64,000 nt of DNA, taken from assembly GCA_963760795.1 (NCBI GenBank), contig CAVXEP010000013.1:160001-224000 (forward strand), written 5' to 3'. Numbering within the stretch: position 1 is the first letter of the stretch; every line of letters starts with the position of its first letter. Below are positions 28,118 through 36,254 of this stretch, one piece after another. This DNA comes from an uncultured delta proteobacterium. GTDB lineage: Bacteria; Desulfobacterota; Binatia; UBA9968. A program made the position numbers and the translations under genes. Under the pieces are notes generated by a model. It ran no database searches and was not told the origin of the DNA. It was given only the letters and a program-made list of their open reading frames with translations.

Positions 28118-28196
28118 GGATCGATAGGAGGATAGAGAATGGAAGATCGAAAGAATCATGTCTTGCCATTCTCCATCTTCTATCCTTCATCCTCGA
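28118..28196. repeat. 7-bp-periodic inverted-repeat element (GGATAG/CCATCTT type), no TCCGA core
   Basis: gaggatag-agaatgg-aagatcg ... ccattct-ccatctt-ctatcct-tcatcct. Confidence 0.7.
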
Positions 28197-28221
28197 CGAG
28201 TAGACGTGAAGGAACATTAGA

Positions 28222-29361
28222 ATGCCCATCATCGACTACATGGACTGCTTCCCCACCGGCCCGGGCACTATTGCCGGCCAATATATGCGCAAATTCTGGC
28301 ACCCGGTCCAGCGCGCCGACGATATCAAGCCGGGCTGGGCCAAACCGCTTCGTATCATGAGCGAAGACTTCACGCTCTATCGCGGCGAGGGCGGCAAACC
28401 GCAGGTTGTCGAATTTCGCTGCCCGCACCGCCAATCCCAGTTATCGGTCGGATGGGTCGAAGGCGATGCCTTGCGCTGCCGCTTTCACGGCTGGAAGTTC
28501 GACGGCTCAGGCCAATGCATCGAGCAGCCGGCCGAGAAAGAGGCGTTCACTGACAAAGTGCGCATCCGCAGCTATCCCACGGAAGAATACCTCGGCATGA
28601 TTTTCGTTTACTTCGGCGCGGGTGCGCCGCCGCCGCTGCCGCGTTTTGCCGATTTCGAAAAAGACGGATTATGGGTCGAGACCTATGTCCGGCCCTGTAA
28701 CTTTCTCAACAACATCGAAAACGATCCGGTGCATATTCCGTTCACGCACAGAGAATCGGAGTTTTTCCTGCGCCGGCCGCGCGAGATTCCCGCCGTTGCG
28801 CAGGAGGAAACCGAATGGGGACTGATGCTGACGACGACGACATCCACCGGCCGCGTGCAATATCTGCACTATGGCATGCCGAACATTCTCGGCTTCAAGG
28901 AATCCGATCGCGATCATCTCGCCTGGCGCGTGCCCATCGACGATGAAAGTCACGCCAGCTTTCAACTCGACATCCAACACATCCAAGACGGCATCGAAGG
29001 CGAAGCGGTGAGAAAACGCCACCTCGCGCGCACGGGGAAATTGGGCCGGTCGCCCAATGAACTGGGCGCCGCCGTGCTCCGTGGCGAGATCCGCATTCAA
29101 GATCTCGCGGGCGACGACAAGGCGAACATCGTCTGGATCCAAGACTACGCCGTGCAAGTCGGCCAGGGGCCTTATGAGCTGCGCAAAAAAGAAAACCTCG
29201 GGCGATCCGACACGCCGCTGATCCTGCAACGAAAGCTTTGGATCCGCGAGCTGCAAGCGCTCGCCGACGGCGCGCCGCTCACCCAGTGGCAGCGCTCGGA
29301 GCGAATCCGCCAACTGATTTCCAATTCTCATGTACCGGACTCGGCACACGCGAAAGCGTAG
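28222..29361 (+). CDS. Second Rieske oxygenase alpha subunit, close paralog of 24300-25409
   Basis: Same CPH..CRFHGW, DPVHIPFTH, DRDHLAWRVPIDD and NIVWIQDY motifs. Confidence 0.93.
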   Translation: MPIIDYMDCFPTGPGTIAGQYMRKFWHPVQRADDIKPGWAKPLRIMSEDFTLYRGEGGKPQVVEFRCPHRQSQLSVGWVEGDALRCRFHGWKFDGSGQCIEQPAEKEAFTDKVRIRSYPTEEYLGMIFVYFGAGAPPPLPRFADFEKDGLWVETYVRPCNFLNNIENDPVHIPFTHRESEFFLRRPREIPAVAQEETEWGLMLTTTTSTGRVQYLHYGMPNILGFKESDRDHLAWRVPIDDESHASFQLDIQHIQDGIEGEAVRKRHLARTGKLGRSPNELGAAVLRGEIRIQDLAGDDKANIVWIQDYAVQVGQGPYELRKKENLGRSDTPLILQRKLWIRELQALADGAPLTQWQRSERIRQLISNSHVPDSAHAKA

Positions 29362-29701
29362 ACCGATGCCGTGAAACGCGGCTGAGCCGCCGCAACCCTC
29401 GGCGCCAAGCTTGCGCTGACAATTTAAGAAGCGGCTGCCGCCTACGGCGCAACCTTGCTGCAATCTCCAGCTAACCGTACCACCTGCGGCTATACTAGCC
29501 GTGCGAAGTCTGTGTATTTCAATCGCACGGTCTGTATGGAATCGATCTCACCTTGAGCGGTACGGGGGTGTCGATGTTTATCACGACTGACAAGCACGCA
29601 GCGACAAATTCGCAGCGCTGGGAATCGCGCACCAAAGCCGTGGACGGGTCGAGGAATTCTCCAGATAAATCACTTCATTTACAGGCGCTAAAAAAATCGG
29701 G

Positions 29702-29716
29702 TGGCATATCTCTTGC
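29702..29716 (+). promoter_or_regulatory. Putative sigma54 (-24/-12) promoter
   Basis: TGGCAT-atctc-TTGC with exact consensus spacing, about 65 nt upstream of the HPF-CSD start. Confidence 0.65.
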
Positions 29717-29781
29717 CGTTTTCTAATTCAGGGTTAACAATAGGATTGCGCGTAGAAACAACCGCCGGAGGAAAAGGAAAT

Positions 29782-30405
29782 ATGAAAATTCCCCTGCAGA
29801 TCACCTTCCGTGACATGGCACCGTCGCCAGCCATCGAAGATAATATCCGCGAGAAAGCAGCCAAGCTCGACGAGCTGCATGACGGGATCATGGGCTGCCG
29901 CGTGACCGTTGAAGCGCCTCATCGCCATCACCACAAAGGCAAAGCTTACGTGGTGCGCATCGATTTAACCGTTCCCGGCGGCGAACTGGTTATTAATCGA
30001 GAACCAAAACGTTTAGTACCGAAAAAAGCTAAGGCCGGCGACGAACCGGATAAAGACTTCGCCGAATCTCATGAACCGAGCAAGCATGCGGCCCATGAAG
30101 ATCTCTACGTCGCCATCCGCGACGCCTTCAACGCAGCGGCGCGAAAGCTCCAGGATCATGCGCGGCGCCGGCGCGGCAAGGTAAAAGTCCATGAACCGCA
30201 GCCGGTCGCTCGGATCGCCAGCCTGCTGCCGATGGAAGATCATGGATTTCTCCTAACGCCTGACGGACGCGAAGTGTATTTTCACAGGAACAGTGTGCTA
30301 GCGCCGGGGTTCGATCGTCTAGAAATTGGCCACGAAGTTCATTTTGCCGAGGAACTCGGCGACAAAGGGCCGCAGGCTAGCACCGTGCGGTTGGCGGGTA
30401 GATGA
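29782..30405 (+). CDS. HPF/RaiA ribosome-associated domain fused to a cold-shock domain
   Basis: MKIPLQITFRDM..IREKAAKL..CRVTVEAPHRHHHKG..HEDLYVAIRDAF; GFLLTPDGREVYFHRNSV..GDKGPQASTV. Confidence 0.92.
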   Translation: MKIPLQITFRDMAPSPAIEDNIREKAAKLDELHDGIMGCRVTVEAPHRHHHKGKAYVVRIDLTVPGGELVINREPKRLVPKKAKAGDEPDKDFAESHEPSKHAAHEDLYVAIRDAFNAAARKLQDHARRRRGKVKVHEPQPVARIASLLPMEDHGFLLTPDGREVYFHRNSVLAPGFDRLEIGHEVHFAEELGDKGPQASTVRLAGR

Positions 30406-30428
30406 TTCCATAACGCCTGGAGTTATTC

Positions 30429-30563
30429 ATGTGCGAAGAAGTCATCGTCTGCCTCGACGGCTCATCCCTGGTGGAAACCATTCTGCCTGACGCCGCCGCT
30501 CCTCTGCTGCTCTACTGGCCAATAGACAATTTAGAGATCGATGACAGAGACAGAGTGAGATAG
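30429..30563 (+). pseudogene. Collapsed universal stress protein remnant
   Basis: ggag RBS; MCEEVIVCLDGSSLVETILP (USP N-terminus) joined directly to PLLLYWP (USP C-terminus-like). Confidence 0.55.
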
Positions 30564-30669
30564 TAACCGGTCATTTCTTTGGCACTTTCAATCGCAGTAT
30601 CCGGGTCCACTTTACGGCTATCGCCTTTACCCTCGCCAGTCTCCATGGTAACCCTTTGACTCGGCTTGT

Positions 30670-30764
30670 GGAGAAGGAAGGTGCCCGGTGGTGCCGCTGG
30701 TCTTCAAAACCAGTCTGGGGGTCGTAAGGTCCCCGGAGGGTTCGACTCCCTCCCTTCTCCGCCA
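30670..30764 (+). tRNA. selC: tRNA-Sec (anticodon UCA)
   Basis: 8-bp acceptor GGAGAAGG/CCTTCTCC + G-CCA; 6-bp D stem with 4-nt loop; CTGGT-CTTCAAA-ACCAG; long variable arm; 5-bp T stem GAGGG-TTCGACT-CCCTC; 95 nt. Confidence 0.96.
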
Positions 30765-30820
30765 TGGAAGCGTTTATGTAGGATTAGCTATATCCACGAT
30801 GAGAAAACTCCTAAATGAGA

Positions 30821-31270
30821 TTATTTTTTGACGATCAGCACCGGACAGCGGGTGTAGCGCAGCGTCCGCTCGGCGACGCTGCCCAGCACCAGACGCTTCA
30901 GACCCGTGCGTCCATGACTGCCCATGACGATCATCGACGCTTTGAGTTTTTTGGCTTGATCGGCGATGGCTCGGGCGGGATCGCCGCCCCGAACGAAAAG
31001 CGCTCGACAATCTTTCGGCCCGAGTTTTTTCTTTTTTAGCAATTTCTGCATTTGCATGTTTGCTTCTTCACGCGCGATCCTTTCATAGTCCACGTAGAGC
31101 CCCGGGGTTACCCCTTCCGGAGCTGCCATGACCATCGACTGGTCGGCGATGATATGCAACAGAATCAATCCGGCTTTATTCTCACGGGCCAGCTTGATGG
31201 CGTGATCGAGAGCGATGTCCGCGGGTTTAGAAAAATCCACGGGTACGAGGTACGATTTTTTAGTTGCCAT
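30821..31270 (-). CDS. Universal stress protein (UspA family)
   Basis: YLVPVDFS..ALDHA, GDPARAI, IVMGSHGRTGLKRLVLGSVAERTLR..CPVLIV. Confidence 0.95.
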   Translation of the reverse strand: MATKKSYLVPVDFSKPADIALDHAIKLARENKAGLILLHIIADQSMVMAAPEGVTPGLYVDYERIAREEANMQMQKLLKKKKLGPKDCRALFVRGGDPARAIADQAKKLKASMIVMGSHGRTGLKRLVLGSVAERTLRYTRCPVLIVKK

Positions 31271-31393
31271 GGGATGTTCTCCTATTTTAGTTTTGCCTTG
31301 GAACAAGTAATGGTGATCGTCGCCGACAAGTCAACCAGCCGTAGAAAGTCGAACTCCATCGTCGCATTTGCTCTCGTCGAGAAAGAAAACTAT

Positions 31394-32485
31394 CTAGGAT
31401 CGCGGCGCGAGGTTTTGCCGCGAACCCTGGTGAAACACATGGAATTTGTCGGGGCTCGCCGTCAGAGACAAACCATCGCCGCGGCGAAAAGACTCTTGCC
31501 CGGACGAGCGCATAATTAGATTAACGCCGCTACAGTCGACATGGATGAACCGGTCGGCGCCGAGATCTTCGACTAACGCTACGACACCCGCGACGATCGC
31601 GTCATCTGCCTGGGCGGGGATGAGGTGTTCCGGACGAATGCCAAGGGTGAGGTTCTGTCCGCGAAAAGCAGTTGCGTCCTGGGCAGCGACAATCCGCGAA
31701 AAATCGATTGTCAGACCGTGACTCGAAAATCTCGTGCCGCCGGCATCCACGGCGCCGTCGATCAAGTTCATGCGCGGATTGCCGACGAAACCGGCGACGA
31801 AGACATTGGCCGGTTGATGATAAATTTCCGCCGGCGTACCGCGCTGCTGGACCGCGCCTTGGTTAAGCACGACGATAGAGTCTCCCAGCGTCATCGCTTC
31901 GGCCTGGTCGTGGGTGACGTAGAGCATGGTCGCGCCCAGTCTTTCATGGAGTTTGGCGAGCTCGACGCGCATGGTGGCGCGCAGCGTCGCGTCGAGATTG
32001 GACAGCGGCTCGTCGAACAGAAACAGCTTGGGCCGGCGCACGATCGCCCGCCCCAACGCCACGCGCTGGCGTTGACCGCCGCTCAACTGCTGCGGCTTGT
32101 GGCCCAACAGCTTGTCGATCTCCAAGAGTTGGGCGGTATCCGCCACACGCGCTGCAATGTCATGGTTGGCGACGCCATGAAGGCGCAGAGAAAAGCCGAG
32201 ATTCTCGGCCACGGTCATATGCGGATAGAGCGCGTAGTTTTGAAAGACAAAGGCGACGTCGCGATCACGCGGCGGCGTTCGTTCCACCGACTCGGCACCG
32301 ATCCGAACCTTGCCGCCGGAAGCGTCCTCTAATCCCGCGACGATGCGCAAGAGCGTCGACTTGCCACAACCCGACGGGCCGAGCAGCACGCAAAATTCAC
32401 CGTCGGCGACATCAAAGGAAATCTCGCCGAGCACGCGGGTGCGGCCGAACGACTTGGAAACGTTATCTAATGAAAGTGACGCCAT
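31394..32485 (-). CDS. Carbohydrate ABC transporter ATPase (MalK/UgpC-like)
   Basis: GPSGCGKST, FQNYALYPHM, LSGGQRQRVALGRA, LFDEPLSNLDA, YVTHDQAEA, GIRPEH. Confidence 0.95.
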   Translation of the reverse strand: MASLSLDNVSKSFGRTRVLGEISFDVADGEFCVLLGPSGCGKSTLLRIVAGLEDASGGKVRIGAESVERTPPRDRDVAFVFQNYALYPHMTVAENLGFSLRLHGVANHDIAARVADTAQLLEIDKLLGHKPQQLSGGQRQRVALGRAIVRRPKLFLFDEPLSNLDATLRATMRVELAKLHERLGATMLYVTHDQAEAMTLGDSIVVLNQGAVQQRGTPAEIYHQPANVFVAGFVGNPRMNLIDGAVDAGGTRFSSHGLTIDFSRIVAAQDATAFRGQNLTLGIRPEHLIPAQADDAIVAGVVALVEDLGADRFIHVDCSGVNLIMRSSGQESFRRGDGLSLTASPDKFHVFHQGSRQNLAPRS

Positions 32486-32489
32486 ATTG

Positions 32490-32615
32490 CCATTTTGGAT
32501 TTTCGTCTGCGCAGCTGCTTTTAGATTTTGGATTGTCGGAAACTACCGGTGCAGATTCCAAATCGATCTTGGCAGGTTTGCTCCCCTAGTCCAAAATCGA
32601 AAATCCAAAATCCAA
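32490..32615. repeat. AAAATCC-heptamer inverted-repeat element inside the sugar ABC operon
   Basis: ccattttggattttcgtctgcgcagctgcttttagattttggattgtcgga ... cccctagtccaaaatcgaaaatccaaaatcc; same family as 516-664. Confidence 0.85.
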
Positions 32616-32623
32616 TATTTTTC

Positions 32624-33436
32624 TTATCCTTTCACCGCACCCGCCGACAACCCCTGCACGATGCGCCGTTGAAAAATCACAGTCAGCGCAATCAAGGGCA
32701 GTGTCGCGATGGTCGAAGCCGCGGCTATTTCGCCCCAGGGCATGGTGTATTCGCCAGGAAACATCGCGATGCCCACGGGCAGGGTTTGCACCGCCGGGTA
32801 GGTCAGAATGATCAAGGCGAAGAAGAATTCATTCCAGGCGTGGATAAAAACCAATAACGCCGCGGTGAAGACCCCGGGCGCGGCCAGCGGAAACACGACT
32901 AGGCGCAGCGCCTGCCAGCGGCTGCAGCCATCGATCAGCGCCGCCTCTTCGATGTCGTAGGGCAGTTCTTTGAAGAACGTGGTCAGCACCCAAGTGGCAA
33001 ACGGCAGCGAAAATGCGATGTAGGCCGCAATGATGCCGTGATAACTATTGAGCCAGCCCAGCCCGCTCAGTAAACGCCACACCGGCCCGGCGATGGCGAT
33101 CTGCGGAAACATCGACAGCGCCAGCAACAACAGCAAGTAATAGTTCGCCCAACGCAGTTTGAAGCGCGCTAACGCATAGGCAGCTAACGACGCAATCACG
33201 ATGCTGACCACGGTGGTGGCGCCGGCAACGATGGCGCTGTTGGCGATGTAACGCAGCAGCCCATGTTGCCACAGCGCGGCTTGGTAATGCTCCCAGTGAA
33301 AGCTCGGCCAGAGCACCGGCGGGATCGCGCTGATCTCGATGGCGCTCTTCCACGACGTCGTCACGAACCAGAGAAAAGGCAGCAAGCTGACGCCGGCGAT
33401 GAGCAGCACGGCGGCGGGAAAAATAAGTCTTTTCAT
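32624..33436 (-). CDS. Carbohydrate ABC transporter permease (MalG-like)
   Basis: FFKELPYDIEEAALIDGCS (EAA motif), AWNEFFFA, TLPVGI, QRRIVQGLSAGAVKG. Confidence 0.95.
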   Translation of the reverse strand: MKRLIFPAAVLLIAGVSLLPFLWFVTTSWKSAIEISAIPPVLWPSFHWEHYQAALWQHGLLRYIANSAIVAGATTVVSIVIASLAAYALARFKLRWANYYLLLLLALSMFPQIAIAGPVWRLLSGLGWLNSYHGIIAAYIAFSLPFATWVLTTFFKELPYDIEEAALIDGCSRWQALRLVVFPLAAPGVFTAALLVFIHAWNEFFFALIILTYPAVQTLPVGIAMFPGEYTMPWGEIAAASTIATLPLIALTVIFQRRIVQGLSAGAVKG

Positions 33437-34323
33437 GCGGGCTCTTCCCTGGCCAACAGGCGCGCGCCGAGCAGGCGAATGTAAAACACCGACAAGATCA
33501 GCGACAGCAGGAATACCGCCACGGCGATGGTCGAGCCGTAACCGATCATGCCTTCAGCGAAGCTTTTCTTGTAGCCGTAGAATTGCAGCACGTTGGTCGT
33601 ATCCGCGGGGCCGCCTTGGGTCATGACGAAGACCAGATCGAAGACTTTGAGTGCGTCGATGGTGCGAAAGAGCAAAGCCAAAAGCAGCGCCGGCTTGAGC
33701 AATGGCAATGTGATATGGCGAAACTTTTGCCACGCGCCGGCGCCGTCGATACTTGCGGCTTCGTAAAGTTCGCGGGGAATGCCTTGCAGCCCGGCGAGAA
33801 CGATCAGCGCGGCGAACGAGCTGGTCTTCCAAACATCCGCCACCATGATCGACATCAACGCCAAGCCGGGCTCCGCCAGCGGCGCCCAATAACGATCGGT
33901 GGCGTCGCCGAACAAGACAAAATTGAATAGGCCATAGCGATCGTTAAAGATAAAGCGCCACATTTGCGACGCCACCACGGTGGGGATCGCCCAGGGCACC
34001 AGCACGACGGCGCGCAACCAGCCGCGGCCGCCAAACGATTCGTTCAGCACCAGAGCCATGCCGAGGCCAAGCAAGACCTCGATGGGGGTGGTGATCGCGA
34101 CGAACGTCATCGAGGTCAGCAACGATTGAAGCGCCACCGGGTCGCTGAAAAGATCTTGATAATTGTCCCAACCGACGAACTTCTGGCCCAGCCAAGGCAA
34201 GGTCAGGATCATCCGGTAAAAGCTCAAGCGTATGGACTCGAGTATCGGATAAAGCGAAAACAGCACGACAAATAAGAAACTCGGCGCGAGAAATCGCCAG
34301 ACGGGATCTTTGGCGCTTTTCAC
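33433..34323 (-). CDS. Carbohydrate ABC transporter permease (MalF-like)
   Basis: FVGWDNY, PWAIPTVV, DVWKT..LAGLQGIPRELYEAASIDGA, MTQGGP. Confidence 0.95.
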   Translation of the reverse strand: MKSAKDPVWRFLAPSFLFVVLFSLYPILESIRLSFYRMILTLPWLGQKFVGWDNYQDLFSDPVALQSLLTSMTFVAITTPIEVLLGLGMALVLNESFGGRGWLRAVVLVPWAIPTVVASQMWRFIFNDRYGLFNFVLFGDATDRYWAPLAEPGLALMSIMVADVWKTSSFAALIVLAGLQGIPRELYEAASIDGAGAWQKFRHITLPLLKPALLLALLFRTIDALKVFDLVFVMTQGGPADTTNVLQFYGYKKSFAEGMIGYGSTIAVAVFLLSLILSVFYIRLLGARLLAREEPA

Positions 34324-35588
34324 GGGCGCGGCCTTTCGCGGAGCAGATCCAAAACGCGATCCATGTCGCGCGCGGCCAAACGGGCGAGTTGATCGATATT
34401 GGAATCAGGAATGGCGATCGCCGAGCTGAAATAGCGCTGCATGATATTGGAAAGCGGCAGGTAGACCGGCGTGCGCGGTCGCGGCTCGGCGAGCACGAAG
34501 GTGTCGTAGCGCGCGCTAAAATGCGGATGCTTAGCCAGGATTTCGGCGTCGCGATACAGATCCGCCCGCGCCGGTCCGCGGCCCGTCGCCAGGGCGATCT
34601 GTTTTTGCGCCTCGCGGCTGGTCATATGCTCGACGAATTGCCAGGCTAAAGGCGGATGGCGCGAGAAGCGGCTGATGCCCAGCTGCCAGCCGCCCAGGGT
34701 CGCGACACTCTTGTGGCCGGGAAACGACGGCAACGGTATCACTCCGACATGGCCGGCGACTTTCGATCTTTGCGGATCGTTGGCGACCTCCCAGGCATAG
34801 GGCCAGTTGCGGTGAAACAGCGCCTTTCCCTGGGTGAACAGTGCCAGCGATTCGGGCTCCTGATACGCCAGCACGCCGCGATGGGAAATCGTCCGAATTA
34901 TTTGATCGCGCACGAAGCGCACCGCCTCCGTGGCTCGGCTGCTTGCGAGTGTGCTTTTAAGCGTTTGCTCGTCCCAGAATGCCGCGCCGTTGCTCATGAT
35001 GAATTCCATCAGGTTGCAGACCAGCCCCTCGTATTGTTTGAACTGCGCCGAATAACCGGTCAGATAGGCATCGCGCTCTTGCGCCAGGATTAGCTTGGCC
35101 TGGTCGACCAGCTCAGGCCAAGTGCGTGGCGGCGCAAGGCGGTACTTCGCGAGCAGGTCTTTGCGAAAATAGAGCATGCCGGCGTCAACGAACAGCGGCA
35201 CGCCGTAGATCCGGCCCTGATAACGGTTGGCTGCGATCGGCGCGGTGAGAAATTCTTTTTGCTGCGCGGCGGAAAAGAATCCATCCAACGGCAACGCCCA
35301 ACCGGCCGCGCCGAACTCACCGGGCCAGATGACGTCCATGAAAAACACGTCCATCTCCGGGTCGCGGTTGCGCAGTTTTTGCGTCACCAGATCGTGGAAT
35401 TCGGTGGAAGAATGGGGGCCGACTTCGCGGACGACCTTGACCCCCGGATGGCGGGCTTCGAAACCGGCGATGAGCTCTTGCCAAACCGCTGCCGCCTCGG
35501 GCCGCCAGGTCACGAATCGCAATTGAGTTTGGCCCACCGCCTCGGGGAGGATCAAAAAGAACCAGAGGATGACCGGTAATATTTTCAT
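34320..35588 (-). CDS. Sugar ABC substrate-binding protein (trehalose/maltose-binding-like)
   Basis: DVFFMDVIWPGEF, DAGMLYFRKDLL, QFKQYEGLVCN, FHRNWPYAW, ATLGGWQLG, PRPRTPVY. Confidence 0.9.
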   Translation of the reverse strand: MKILPVILWFFLILPEAVGQTQLRFVTWRPEAAAVWQELIAGFEARHPGVKVVREVGPHSSTEFHDLVTQKLRNRDPEMDVFFMDVIWPGEFGAAGWALPLDGFFSAAQQKEFLTAPIAANRYQGRIYGVPLFVDAGMLYFRKDLLAKYRLAPPRTWPELVDQAKLILAQERDAYLTGYSAQFKQYEGLVCNLMEFIMSNGAAFWDEQTLKSTLASSRATEAVRFVRDQIIRTISHRGVLAYQEPESLALFTQGKALFHRNWPYAWEVANDPQRSKVAGHVGVIPLPSFPGHKSVATLGGWQLGISRFSRHPPLAWQFVEHMTSREAQKQIALATGRGPARADLYRDAEILAKHPHFSARYDTFVLAEPRPRTPVYLPLSNIMQRYFSSAIAIPDSNIDQLARLAARDMDRVLDLLRERPRP

Positions 35589-36254
35589 ACGAAAACTTGG
35601 CCGACAAATCCATCGCCTCATGGCCACTTTGAGTTCAACTGGTTTTCGACGACGTCGAGCCAACCAGCGGGACCGATGCCGCGCCGACGAGTACGATTAA
35701 CCAGGGGTGCCTTCTTGTTGATGGTGTTTTGATCATTTTATCCTAGCACAGTCACCGAGATTCCTCTGATCAAAAACCTAGCCTTGGCCGGTTAAATCCC
35801 CAGCCGGGTTTCATTCGATCGAACCAGACGCCGTTTGCCAACTCAACGACTGGCGGTCAGGGAAGCAGTATCAATCGCCCAAGTAAATTCCGAACGCAAT
35901 GGACAAGTAATTTCGAGCGCTTTGATCTTGGCCCGAAAGCCCGCGCGCCGGTAACCTAGCGATAAAACGTGGCCGATTATCGCCGTGGACATTTACTGAC
36001 GAATCACGGGTGAACCGCTGTCAGCGAATCCATGACGGGTTGGGTGCCTTACAACGATCCCGTTGGTCTAGCCGCATAGATATTCCGATCCCTTAACCAA
36101 GCAAGGTTCTCTTCGCGCTCGCGCTTAAATCTTTCAAGAGTCTTACCGCTGAGGTGTTCGCTGCGTGGAATCTTGGCAGCCCGCGCGATCCACCATTTCC
36201 ATTGCAGATCGCGCTGTCGGGATTGGCAGCCGACAGAGGAAAACTTATCGTTCG

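Noticed and set aside
29571-29584. FNR/CRP-like box TCGAT-N4-ATCAC
   Set aside because: Two mismatches to TTGAT-N4-ATCAA, single occurrence, and not consistent with a sigma54 promoter.
30670-30764. selC as the attachment site of an integrated island
   Set aside because: No duplicate of the tRNA 3' end and no integrase seen in the window.
30571-30765. 64-aa ORF MAEKGGSRTLRGP..
   Set aside because: Antisense shadow of tRNA-Sec.
35590-36254. Long intergenic gap between tamB and the sugar SBP as ncRNA or hidden gene
   Set aside because: Only a short signal-peptide-like fragment (MIKTPSTRRHPWLIVLVG..) and a 9-bp repeat were seen; nothing supportable.
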